Part shown: piece after piece, positions 17,223 to 25,751 of the stretch
Layout: each line of letters starts with the position of its first letter
Position numbering within the stretch: position 1 is the first letter of the stretch
Assembly (NCBI GenBank): GCA_964638585.1
Contig: CAZXAN010000001.1
Span: forward strand, 23,454 to 87,453
Reading direction: 5' to 3'
Length of the DNA stretch: 64,000 bases
Source: an uncultured Candidatus Saccharibacteria bacterium
Lineage (GTDB): Bacteria; Patescibacteriota; Minisyncoccia; Phycocordibacterales; Phycocordibacteraceae
Made by a program: the position numbers and the translations under genes
Notes under the pieces: model-generated
The model's input: the letters and a program-made list of their open reading frames with translations, nothing else
Told to the model about the DNA's origin: nothing
Database searches by the model: none

Positions 17223-17828
17223 ATGCTCGTAGATCTCTCAGTCGAACTCAACGAAAAAACACCAATCTATCCGGGGGATCCCGAGACCAGGATTAATGCG
17301 GCGGGCGTTCTCGAAAATGACGGGTATCAGGACCATTATGTCTGTGTAGGTACCCATGTCGGTACACACATGGACGCACCGTCTCATATGGTAGCGGGAG
17401 GAAAGAATCTAGACGACTTTTCGCTCGCCCAATTTTCTGGTAATGGAGTCTACATAAAAACAGGAAGAAATTTTGATTTAAATGAGATTAGTAAAATTCC
17501 AATCAGTGCTGGCGATATTGTTCTGTTCCATACTGGTATGAGCGACGTGTATCACGAGAAGTCATATTATGACGACTACCCAGCGATTCCAGAAGAGGTC
17601 GCGAATTACCTCGTAGAGAGGAATGTAAAAATCGTCGGGGTTGATATGTGTAGTGTTGACCACCCGCCTTTCCCGGTTCATAAAATTCTGCTTAGTAAAA
17701 ATATTCTCATTATTGAAAATCTTACCAACCTAAGTGCTTTAGCAGAGAGGTCATTCAAGATTTACGCCTTTCCAATAAAACTTCAAATCGATGGGGCACC
17801 AGTGAGGGTGGTTGCTGAAACTGAATAA
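17223..17828 (+). CDS. Cyclase-family protein (kynurenine formamidase-like)
   Basis: GTHVGTHMDAPSHM is the metal-binding His cluster of the putative-cyclase family. Start placed at the internal Met MLVDLSVELN. Confidence 0.75.
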   Translation: MLVDLSVELNEKTPIYPGDPETRINAAGVLENDGYQDHYVCVGTHVGTHMDAPSHMVAGGKNLDDFSLAQFSGNGVYIKTGRNFDLNEISKIPISAGDIVLFHTGMSDVYHEKSYYDDYPAIPEEVANYLVERNVKIVGVDMCSVDHPPFPVHKILLSKNILIIENLTNLSALAERSFKIYAFPIKLQIDGAPVRVVAETE

Positions 17829-17831
17829 AGG

Positions 17832-17857
17832 TTCCAACATCGTCCAAGACGGCCAGC
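17832..17857 (+). promoter_or_regulatory. Conserved intergenic motif copy 1 (ttccaaCATCGTCCAAGACGGCCAGC), 4 nt after the cyclase stop
   Basis: The same 22-nt core recurs at 18551-18576. A degenerate copy at 19351-19377 is located from 7 nt after the proB stop. Confidence 0.6.
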
Positions 17858-17881
17858 TAATCATTTTGCTATACTCACCCA

Positions 17882-18544
17882 ATGAAACTTCTGCTTACAT
17901 CGAACGGTCTCGCTAACAAATCTATTATCGCGGCTCTCTTTGAATTGGCGGGGAAACCCGCCGGAGAGATGAATGTCGTTTTTATTCCAACGGCAGCAGA
18001 TGCCGAGGAGGATGACAAATCGTGGCTTATCAATGATCTCGTAAATATACAGAAACAGGATTTTAAACAAATCGATATTGTTGATATCGCGGCTCTGCCT
18101 AAAGAGTCATGGCAACCGCGTCTTGAACATGCGGACATTCTTTTTTTTGGCGGCGGCCATACTCGTCACCTCGTACACTGGTTTAAGAAATCGGGACTTG
18201 CAGATATTCTTCCTGAACTTCTCAAAACGCGGGTGTATGTTGGAATTAGCGCAGGCAGCCTTGCAACGGGACCATCACTTGCTCTAAGCAGTTCCACTGA
18301 TGCGCCGTTTGACTACAACGACGATATCCCGTACGACGGGAAAGGCCTGCATTTGGTCAACTTTCATGTTCGCCCGCACTTCAACTCACCGGACTTTCCG
18401 AACGCGCGCACAGAGTATCTACGAGAAAAGGCCAAAGAAGTACCTGAAGCCATATACTGTCTCGATGATCAGTCTGCTCTAAAAGTAATTGACGACAACG
18501 TAGAAATCGTAAGCGAAGGGGAAACCCTAGTTTTTAACAAATAA
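17882..18544 (+). CDS. pepE: Peptidase E-like (S51 family dipeptidase)
   Basis: 220 aa with a GISAGS nucleophile motif and an S51 fold pattern (FFGGGHT..). Confidence 0.7.
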   Translation: MKLLLTSNGLANKSIIAALFELAGKPAGEMNVVFIPTAADAEEDDKSWLINDLVNIQKQDFKQIDIVDIAALPKESWQPRLEHADILFFGGGHTRHLVHWFKKSGLADILPELLKTRVYVGISAGSLATGPSLALSSSTDAPFDYNDDIPYDGKGLHLVNFHVRPHFNSPDFPNARTEYLREKAKEVPEAIYCLDDQSALKVIDDNVEIVSEGETLVFNK

Positions 18545-18550
18545 GAATCG

Positions 18551-18576
18551 TTCTAACATCGTCCAAGACGGCCAGC
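18551..18576 (+). promoter_or_regulatory. Conserved intergenic motif copy 2 (ttctaaCATCGTCCAAGACGGCCAGC)
   Basis: Identical 22-nt core, 7 nt after the pepE stop and 6 nt before the proB ATG. Confidence 0.6.
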
Positions 18577-18582
18577 AAATTT

Positions 18583-19344
18583 ATGAAACGAATCATTGTA
18601 AAAATAGGAACTAAAGTTCTCACAAAAAGTGATGGTACACTTGATATTGAATTTCTAAAACACATTGTCGATCAAATAGTGGAGCTGCGCAAAAAGGGTC
18701 TGCAGGTGGTGCTAATAACATCAGGAGCAGGTAGTGCAGGCAAGAGTTTGGTGTCATTGCAGGGCATACAATCTGAGACCGTACGAAAGCAAGTGTTTGC
18801 TGCTGTCGGCCAAGTAAAGATCATGAGTACCTATGCTGAGTTGTTTAGGGAATACGGCTTCTACTGTGCACAAGTATTAGCCACTAAGGAAGACTTCCGG
18901 GATGAACAACATTACACAAATATGCAAAATTGTTTTGAAGGATTGTTGCTCGATAACGTAATACCCGTGGTTAACGAGAACGATGTAGTAGCTACCACCG
19001 AACTCCTCTTTACTGACAACGATGAGCTCGCTGGTCTTGTGTCGCAACAACTAAAAGCCGATTTCCTGGTACTCCTTACCAGCACCGACGGTATTCTGGA
19101 TGCCAACCATAAAACTATTTCCAAGGTGGACTCATCTAATGCCAAGACGGTGATGGGGTATATCACTCCGGATAAGTCCACGGGCGGACGGGGAGGAATG
19201 ACCTCAAAGTTTACTGTGGCTAAAGAATTGTCTGAGAAAGGAATATCTGTACATATAGTTGACGGGAAAAAAGAAAACATCCTCTTAGATATAGCAAATG
19301 GAGAAACTACAGGCACTCACTTTATTCCTCAGGCAGGAGTTTAG
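18583..19344 (+). CDS. proB: Glutamate 5-kinase (PUA-less)
   Basis: Collinear with ProB throughout: RIIVKIGTKVLT.., VVLITSGAGSAG, VIPVVNENDVVAT, TDNDELAGL, GGMTSK. There is no PUA domain, and no proA nearby. Confidence 0.8.
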   Translation: MKRIIVKIGTKVLTKSDGTLDIEFLKHIVDQIVELRKKGLQVVLITSGAGSAGKSLVSLQGIQSETVRKQVFAAVGQVKIMSTYAELFREYGFYCAQVLATKEDFRDEQHYTNMQNCFEGLLLDNVIPVVNENDVVATTELLFTDNDELAGLVSQQLKADFLVLLTSTDGILDANHKTISKVDSSNAKTVMGYITPDKSTGGRGGMTSKFTVAKELSEKGISVHIVDGKKENILLDIANGETTGTHFIPQAGV

Positions 19345-19350
19345 GTGAAG

Positions 19351-19377
19351 TTCCGCGTCGTCCCAAATGGCCATCTC
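19351..19377 (+). promoter_or_regulatory. Conserved intergenic motif copy 3, degenerate (ttccgCGTCGTCCCAAATGGCCATC), followed by TATAAT
   Basis: About 17 of 22 core positions are shared with copies 1 and 2. TTGTTATAAT lies 12 nt before the ATG at 19400. Confidence 0.45.
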
Positions 19378-19399
19378 GTAAATTTGTTATAATTCAAAC

Positions 19400-20020
19400 A
19401 TGAAAAAGAAGATACAAGTGCTCCTCATTCATGGTGGCGAGACCTTTAAGAACAAACGGGATTACATGAAGTATCTAAGGACTAGGCCAGTTGTGGCCGT
19501 GGCGAGAAGGCGTTGGGCGGCCGAGTATCTCGATAAGAATCTGGGTAAAGGATTTGAGATAATCAGGCCACGAATGCCACTTCAAGAGAATGCTCAGTAT
19601 GAGGACTGGAAGATTTATTTCGAACGGCATCTGCCCCTTCTCAGAAGCAAGTTTATCCTCATCGGAAATTCGCTCGGTGGAATATTCCTCGCGAAGTATC
19701 TCTCCGAAAATAAGTTGTCTAAGAAAGCACTCTCGACGTATCTCACCTGCGCACCCTTCGACAATACATTGCCGAGAGAAGATCTGGTTGGCGGGTTCAC
19801 TCTGAAAGCGGACCTATCGCTCATCGAGAAGAACACCAAGAATCTCCACCTACTCTTCTCTGGTGACGACCCCGTGGTGCCCGCTGCTCACGCCGAGAAA
19901 TATAGGAAGAAATTAAAAAATGCACACATTGTCGTTTATAAAAGCAAGAACGGTCACTTTATGGTGCCATCCTTCCCAGAAATCATCAAAATGATCAAAC
20001 TAGATATCAAAGAATCGTAA
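19400..20020 (+). CDS. Alpha/beta-hydrolase (YdeN/RBBP9-like serine hydrolase)
   Basis: GNSLGG nucleophile elbow and an approximately 200-aa esterase fold. Confidence 0.55.
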   Translation: MKKKIQVLLIHGGETFKNKRDYMKYLRTRPVVAVARRRWAAEYLDKNLGKGFEIIRPRMPLQENAQYEDWKIYFERHLPLLRSKFILIGNSLGGIFLAKYLSENKLSKKALSTYLTCAPFDNTLPREDLVGGFTLKADLSLIEKNTKNLHLLFSGDDPVVPAAHAEKYRKKLKNAHIVVYKSKNGHFMVPSFPEIIKMIKLDIKES

Positions 20021-20025
20021 ATCTT

Positions 20026-20364
20026 ATGATCTCCTACGACGATTTCGAGAAAGTAGATATACGAGTCGGAAAGATACTTGAGGTACAAGATTTCCCTGAA
20101 GCGCGGAATCCGGCATTCAAACTGAAGATCGATTTCGGCCCGGAGATTGGCACCAAAGTGTCAAGCGTACAGGCAGTCGGTACACATAAAAAAGAAGAGC
20201 TACTAGGCATGCTCGTCTGCTGTGTCGTTAACTTCCCAAAGAAACGTATTGGTCCGTTTGAATCCGAAGTCCTCACACTCGGATTCAAGAACACTGCAAG
20301 TATCGGATGGGTACTTATCAGTCCGGCGAAATCGAGCGTAGAAATTGGCAGTAAGCTACAATAA
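20026..20364 (+). CDS. tRNA-binding protein (CsaA/EMAP-II-like OB-fold domain)
   Basis: FEKVDIRVGKILEV...KLKIDFG matches the tRNA_bind (Myf) domain. Confidence 0.7.
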   Translation: MISYDDFEKVDIRVGKILEVQDFPEARNPAFKLKIDFGPEIGTKVSSVQAVGTHKKEELLGMLVCCVVNFPKKRIGPFESEVLTLGFKNTASIGWVLISPAKSSVEIGSKLQ

Positions 20365-20371
20365 ATTCATT

Positions 20372-20941
20372 ATGGAAATTGGCATCTGGGGAGATAGCAT
20401 CACCTACGGCGCGGGCGACAGCGAAGCTCTCGGTTGGGTGGGACGTCTGCGTAAATTGTTGGAGAAAGGTGACGATGTAAGCGTCTATAACTTTGGCATT
20501 TGTGGAGATACGACTGACGATTTATTAAAACGATTTTCAGTAGAAGCAGATGCAATCAAACCGAATGTCATTGTATTCGCCGTTGGCATTAACGATTCCA
20601 AATATCCCGCTGGCGAAACTGAAAATGTAATTCAGCTAGATAGATATAAACAAAATATTCGGGAACTTCTAAAGCTCGCAAGAAATTACACTGACAAAAT
20701 TATTATTGTAGGGGCTACAAAAACAGACGAAGCTCTTACAAGGGAGAGTGGTACGCGTTTTGTAAATGCAGTAATTCAGACATATAACGATTTTCTTAAA
20801 GAATTTTCCGAATCAGAAGGTCTGACCTATGTAGATGTTTTTGATGTGATTGATATCGGTACTGACTTGGATGATGGTCTGCATCCGAACGATCAAGGAT
20901 ACGAAAAGCTCTTTGAGGCAATAAAAGGACCCATTGAATGA
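20372..20941 (+). CDS. SGNH/GDSL hydrolase
   Basis: GDS block I IWGDSITYG, then GINDS and a DGLHPN block V. Start placed at the internal Met MEIGIW. Confidence 0.7.
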   Translation: MEIGIWGDSITYGAGDSEALGWVGRLRKLLEKGDDVSVYNFGICGDTTDDLLKRFSVEADAIKPNVIVFAVGINDSKYPAGETENVIQLDRYKQNIRELLKLARNYTDKIIIVGATKTDEALTRESGTRFVNAVIQTYNDFLKEFSESEGLTYVDVFDVIDIGTDLDDGLHPNDQGYEKLFEAIKGPIE

Positions 20942-21669
20942 AAGACTTCTTCCAATTTTCTCGTTACCTCTTTGTTTTTGCTCACCCGGATGATGAGATC
21001 TATACCTGTGCATTTATAAAAAAATTGGTAAGCGAAGGAAAGGACGTTAATATTCTCTACATAACAAGTGGAGATTATCAAGGTCCAGAAATGATTGAAG
21101 TGAGAGAAGAAGAAGTGCAGGAGTCTACACGACTTCTAAATGTCCCCGTGGCAAACGTGCATTTCATGCGTGTTCCAGAGCGGCAATTGATGGGTAAGGT
21201 AAACGAAGTTCGCGAGAATCTTCTGACACAAGCCACCAATCTCTCGCCCGACTGCATAATTGGGCACGATTTTGAGGGAGGACATAACGGTCATGATGCC
21301 GTTAGTTTCTGCGCCTCGCGTGTAGCAGAGGAACTTCATATTCCTTTGTATGCTTTCCCCGCGTATCACGGATGGCCGGAGAAACGACTATGGAATCAGT
21401 TTGCGTCTCACAAAGCAACAGATATTCTCACACTTACGCAAGACATGCAGGTATTGCAAGATCAAGTGATAGCTACTCACACAAGCCAAGCTGGATTTTT
21501 CAACACAATTAGGCAGAGTAGCAGTAACGAACTTCTCTCGACTCGCGAGATATTGAGGCGAGTATCAGAGCCTATAAATTATATGGAGCCACCGACTGTA
21601 CCAGTGGGCTATGAGTACCCAGGTAGCAAAATTCGTTTTGAGGATTTTAAGACCGCAGTAATAAGGTAA
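20938..21669 (+). CDS. PIG-L/LmbE-family deacetylase
   Basis: AHPDDE signature near the N-terminus, plus the HxxH pattern. Confidence 0.8.
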   Translation: MKDFFQFSRYLFVFAHPDDEIYTCAFIKKLVSEGKDVNILYITSGDYQGPEMIEVREEEVQESTRLLNVPVANVHFMRVPERQLMGKVNEVRENLLTQATNLSPDCIIGHDFEGGHNGHDAVSFCASRVAEELHIPLYAFPAYHGWPEKRLWNQFASHKATDILTLTQDMQVLQDQVIATHTSQAGFFNTIRQSSSNELLSTREILRRVSEPINYMEPPTVPVGYEYPGSKIRFEDFKTAVIR

Positions 21670-21670
21670 A

Positions 21671-22099
21671 ATGAAAAATATGTTAAATCACATAACATTG
21701 CGGGTGAACGATTTAGAGAAAAGCAAAAAATTCTTTCTCGCGACACTTGCACCACTTGGATATAAGCTCTTTGTAGAAAAAGAGAAGTCAGCAGGATTTG
21801 GACAGGTAGATGTGGAAGGTAATCGGGATTTTTGGATTCATGAAGGAAAAGTCAGCGAGGTCAAATCTTTTTCGTGCCTAGCCTTTACTGCTTCAAGCAA
21901 AGAAGCGGTAGAAACTTTCTATAATGCCGCACTTGAAGCGGGAGGAAAGGACAATGGTGTTCCAGGGTATAGACCCCAATATCATCGGGGATATTATGCA
22001 GCGTTCGTACACGACCTCGATGGTTACAATATCGAAGCAGTATGGGACGACTTAGAAAAACTAAGAGGGTCTGGGTATATGGCGCCTCATAAACTATGA
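21671..22099 (+). CDS. VOC/glyoxalase-family protein
   Basis: MLNHITLRVNDLEKSKKFF is a typical VOC start, and the protein is about 140 aa. Confidence 0.7.
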   Translation: MKNMLNHITLRVNDLEKSKKFFLATLAPLGYKLFVEKEKSAGFGQVDVEGNRDFWIHEGKVSEVKSFSCLAFTASSKEAVETFYNAALEAGGKDNGVPGYRPQYHRGYYAAFVHDLDGYNIEAVWDDLEKLRGSGYMAPHKL

Positions 22100-22653
22100 A
22101 CATAAAATTAGGTACTCTGAATATTATTCCAGCGACAAAGCATCCGGAATTGCTTGCGACCTCAGTTGCAAGTGCTCTTTCAAGTTTCGCTAGAGCAAAT
22201 GAGATGGGAGTAACAGAAATTGATCCAAACTTATCTGATACGGCAGCTTTCTGTGAGTATTATCAAGTTGGTATGAATCAAGCCGCCAATTGTGTAGTGC
22301 TAGAAGCTAAACGAGCCGATAAAAGCTGGTTTGCCGCATGTGTCATTCTGGGCAGTACTCGAGCAGATGTTAATGGGCTCGCACGGCGTATTCTTGATGC
22401 TCGAAAAGTGTCATTTGCCCAGATGGACAAGGCCGTGGTACAAACGGGAATGGAATATGGTGCCATAACTCCAATTGGTCTCCCAGGTGACTGGCCTATT
22501 CTTATTGATAAAGCCGTGGCCGACTCAGAGTATATAATCATCGGGAGCGGGATCAGAAAATCAAAACTGGTAGTACCGGGGAAACTTCTTGCTAGTTTGC
22601 CGAACGTCCAAGTTCTAGAAGGTTTGGGACGCGAAGTTGTTGTACTGACGTGA
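22096..22653 (+). CDS. YbaK/ProX-like aminoacyl-tRNA deacylase domain protein
   Basis: 185 aa with a YbaK-like pattern (..AITPIGLPGDWPILIDK..). Confidence 0.45.
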   Translation: MNIKLGTLNIIPATKHPELLATSVASALSSFARANEMGVTEIDPNLSDTAAFCEYYQVGMNQAANCVVLEAKRADKSWFAACVILGSTRADVNGLARRILDARKVSFAQMDKAVVQTGMEYGAITPIGLPGDWPILIDKAVADSEYIIIGSGIRKSKLVVPGKLLASLPNVQVLEGLGREVVVLT

Positions 22654-22806
22654 ACTACTTGGTTTCGATAATCGTCGCTCTCGTTGGCATCGCGCTTGGA
22701 ACGTATATCGCGCGACAGAAAGCGAAAGTCGGATTTATCGCCAAGCCCCTCGACTGCGCTCGGGATAAACAGACGGAGCAGAAAGCCGAGAACAAACTAC
22801 CTTCTC

Positions 22807-23265
22807 TCATACCATTGGATTGGACTTTAAAAATTTTGAAGCAAAGAAGAGAACAGGGTACAGAATAACGAGCCCCCAAGGCAGTAAGTCAGAGAAGATG
22901 ATCTCTTGGAAAAGACTCAGCTTCTCTCTCCCTTCGTTAATCGCTAGCCAATCAATAGGGTAGAAGTAAAAGAGCAGACCAAAAATCAAATTTATCACAG
23001 CTATTGCAATTCCCCATGTCAATAAAATAGCATTAGATTGCGGTCGTACTTTGTTTACCACGATCATAAGCAGTGAAATCACCGTCGACAGTACGAGCGA
23101 TAGTAGTAAGAATGGTAACCATCCATCTTTGCCATCAGTACTCTTAAAATAGCCCGTCAAAAGAACCACTAGACTTGAACTCATTATTGGGATAAAGAGA
23201 CAGAGAAATTTGTTCATATATACAGGATAGTATACATCCAATAAGCAGCGCGCTGAATAACTCAA
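22807..23265 (-). CDS. Hypothetical membrane protein (4 TM)
   Basis: 152-aa hydrophobic ORF. It overlaps the weaker + strand 72-aa ORF 22650..22868. Confidence 0.4.
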   Translation of the reverse strand: MSYSARCLLDVYYPVYMNKFLCLFIPIMSSSLVVLLTGYFKSTDGKDGWLPFLLLSLVLSTVISLLMIVVNKVRPQSNAILLTWGIAIAVINLIFGLLFYFYPIDWLAINEGREKLSLFQEIIFSDLLPWGLVILYPVLFFASKFLKSNPMV

Positions 23266-23457
23266 CTCGGTGAGTTATTCGCCCCAGCAGGGCTCAGTTA
23301 TGGGTTAAAATGTATCTATGCCTCCAGAAGAAACCCCAACACCAGACGCTTCGCATTCCGCGGCGGCGAGCCCGCGAGTCTGCGAGCGGGCGAGTAAGCA
23401 TTAGGGCGTGGTATTCTGTATGAAATGAGTTCGAGCGAATTCATATAGACTCACCAT

Positions 23458-24534
23458 ATGTTTCAACGGCTTGTAGCATGGATGCAAAGACGAGAGAGAC
23501 ATCTCTCTGCCTTTGCGATGGTTGCAGGATTTATAGTAGACAGCATATTTTTTGAGCGCATTGACTTGTGGCAGACACAGATAGTTTTTGCTTCTTATAC
23601 TGCTATCTGCTTTGTAGCAATTCCGCTCTTGCACTGGATTGAGTCGCGTCAGTTACCTGCACTACGATTGCGTCTGTTGTTGCCTCTCACGATCCAGTTT
23701 GCGCTTGGCGGGTTCTGGAGCGGGTTCGTCATCTTTTACGGACGCTCGGCAGTTCTCGGCGCGTCTTGGCCGTTCTTACTCTTCTTGTTCTTAGTATTTG
23801 TTGGCAGTGAATATTTTAGTAAGTATCACGCTAGACTCGTCTTCACTAGCGTACTATTCTTCTTCGCTCTTTATTCATACGCAATATTCGCAGTGCCAGT
23901 ATACACAGGTACAATCGGGACAATGACGTTTCTAGGTAGTGGGCTTGTGGCAATATGTGTCTTCGCACTATTTACCATACTCTTGCGCTTCTTAAGCCGA
24001 GATCGTTTTCTAAGTGATTTGTGGAGGATAAGAGCTGGCGCGCTTATTGTCCTCGCGGTTATGAACATTTCTTATTTCACAAATATATTACCGCCGTTGC
24101 CTCTCTCTGCAGTCGCTGGTGGCATTTATAACAAAGTGTGGCGAGTACCTGGCAACTACATGGCTAGTAGCGAGGATCAATCGTGGAAGGTCCGCTATCT
24201 CGGCTTCTCTCCAACAATGCACGTGACTCAGGGCAGATCTCTTTTTGCATATAGTTCTGTATTTGCTCCAACATCTCTAAAAACTAAGATCGTGCATGAG
24301 TGGCAGAGATATGACACTAATCAGAAAAAATGGGTAACAACAGCCACAGTCTCGTATCCAATAGTCGGTGGTCGCGACGGCGGATATCGCGGGTACTCAA
24401 CTGCTTACGTATTTAGCTCTGGCAAGTGGCGTGTAAATATAGAGACATCAGATGGCCGTCTGATAGAACGGCTATCGTTTATCGCTGAACAGACCCTAGA
24501 TCTCCCAGCGCTTAAAACTATAACCCTGGAGTAG
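23458..24534 (+). CDS. Hypothetical membrane protein with C-terminal soluble domain
   Basis: 358 aa with about 6 TM helices, then a roughly 150-aa extracytoplasmic domain. No family recognised. Confidence 0.5.
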   Translation: MFQRLVAWMQRRERHLSAFAMVAGFIVDSIFFERIDLWQTQIVFASYTAICFVAIPLLHWIESRQLPALRLRLLLPLTIQFALGGFWSGFVIFYGRSAVLGASWPFLLFLFLVFVGSEYFSKYHARLVFTSVLFFFALYSYAIFAVPVYTGTIGTMTFLGSGLVAICVFALFTILLRFLSRDRFLSDLWRIRAGALIVLAVMNISYFTNILPPLPLSAVAGGIYNKVWRVPGNYMASSEDQSWKVRYLGFSPTMHVTQGRSLFAYSSVFAPTSLKTKIVHEWQRYDTNQKKWVTTATVSYPIVGGRDGGYRGYSTAYVFSSGKWRVNIETSDGRLIERLSFIAEQTLDLPALKTITLE

Positions 24535-24536
24535 TT

Positions 24537-25037
24537 TTAACCTGCTTTTACGCGGAGTTTTGTTTGTTTTGCCTTATCTAGCTTAGGCATAATGATTGTT
24601 AGTAAACCGTCTTTGGCGCTAGCAGAAGAAGCGTCTACATCTACCTCTTGAGGTAGCATAATTGTTCGCGAGAATGAGCCCCAGAAGAGCTCACGGGTGA
24701 AATAGTCTTGGCCGACTATTTGCTCTCTCTCCATTCGTGATCCGCTTATCTCAACCATGTCACGACTTATAGAAATAGACAGTTCGTCTGGACGCACTCC
24801 GGCTACAAATGCGCGTATAACGATGTCGTCGGCAGTCTGGTGCACATCAACTGGCAGTTGACCGTCGCTTGTCGGCAGATCGTCAGAGAGGGGAGACGGG
24901 CTAGATGAACGGTTAGAAGGTTTTGTATTCGGCGTAATGCGCGTAGGCACTTGCGCTACAGGCGCCTCATCATCAAACGAGTCAAATGCACCGCTCGTTG
25001 TGTTGCTATAAAGACGTTCAAAGAAAGATCTTTTCAT
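24537..25037 (-). CDS. Hsp20/alpha-crystallin small heat-shock protein
   Basis: Alpha-crystallin domain (..VDVHQTADDIVIRAFVAGVRPDELSISI..GLLTIIMPK). Confidence 0.8.
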   Translation of the reverse strand: MKRSFFERLYSNTTSGAFDSFDDEAPVAQVPTRITPNTKPSNRSSSPSPLSDDLPTSDGQLPVDVHQTADDIVIRAFVAGVRPDELSISISRDMVEISGSRMEREQIVGQDYFTRELFWGSFSRTIMLPQEVDVDASSASAKDGLLTIIMPKLDKAKQTKLRVKAG

Positions 25038-25042
25038 ATTGT

Positions 25043-25747
25043 TTAATAAGTTTTTTTAGGGAAATTGCTATACTGAAAATATTTTAATACTTCAAATGCC
25101 GCGAACAAAACAACGGCGACCATCCAAACAAGGAAGAACGCAGTGAGCGCTGTTGAAGTTCCTTCTCTCATGATAAGCATATTAAAGGCAGTGTGCAATG
25201 CGATAGCGAGGATAAGTCCTGTCGCAGATGCGATAGTGCGAATAAAAGGATGATATTTTGCAGAAAATGCGAATGCAAAACCTAGTGAGGCAGACGCTAC
25301 GACGTGGAGAAGTGTCGCTCCAATGAAGCGCAAATTACCAGTGAAGATTCCTGCGGCAAAGTCTCCCATTGAGAGAGGAGAAACCAAAAAGAGCATGTTT
25401 TCGGCAGCCGCAAAGCCTAGAGCGACAGTAATCATGTAAATAACGTAATCTGGAGATTCGTCTACTGCTCTACGCCATAAGATAAATGACGCTGCCATTA
25501 TATATTTCAACACCTCTTCAATTAGCGCCCACGAGAGCAAGACAGAAGATTCAAGCTGTAAGTGCTCTTTTGCATAGATCTCTAGAAGAAGCACGAACGG
25601 GACAGCCGCCATTCCTGCTATAAATGTTAGTGCGATCAACCTTTTGGGTTCTGGGTGTGAGGAATCCTCTTTAAGGAGGAAGTACAGCCAGATAAATGAT
25701 GGCAAGAGCCCTCCCAAAAATGCGTAGCCGAGAGTTGTGAGAGTCAC
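25043..25747 (-). CDS. PrsW-family intramembrane metalloprotease
   Basis: EEVLKY, AAAENMLF and ALHTAFN correspond to the PrsW motifs (EExxK, FxxxE, HxxxN). Confidence 0.7.
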   Translation of the reverse strand: MTLTTLGYAFLGGLLPSFIWLYFLLKEDSSHPEPKRLIALTFIAGMAAVPFVLLLEIYAKEHLQLESSVLLSWALIEEVLKYIMAASFILWRRAVDESPDYVIYMITVALGFAAAENMLFLVSPLSMGDFAAGIFTGNLRFIGATLLHVVASASLGFAFAFSAKYHPFIRTIASATGLILAIALHTAFNMLIMREGTSTALTAFFLVWMVAVVLFAAFEVLKYFQYSNFPKKTY

Positions 25748-25751
25748 TCAA

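Noticed and set aside
22650-22868. 72-aa plus-strand ORF overlapping the 22807..23265 minus-strand membrane gene
   Set aside because: Short, and overlaps a longer hydrophobic ORF on the other strand. Only one is likely real, and the 152-aa membrane protein is preferred. This is low confidence either way.
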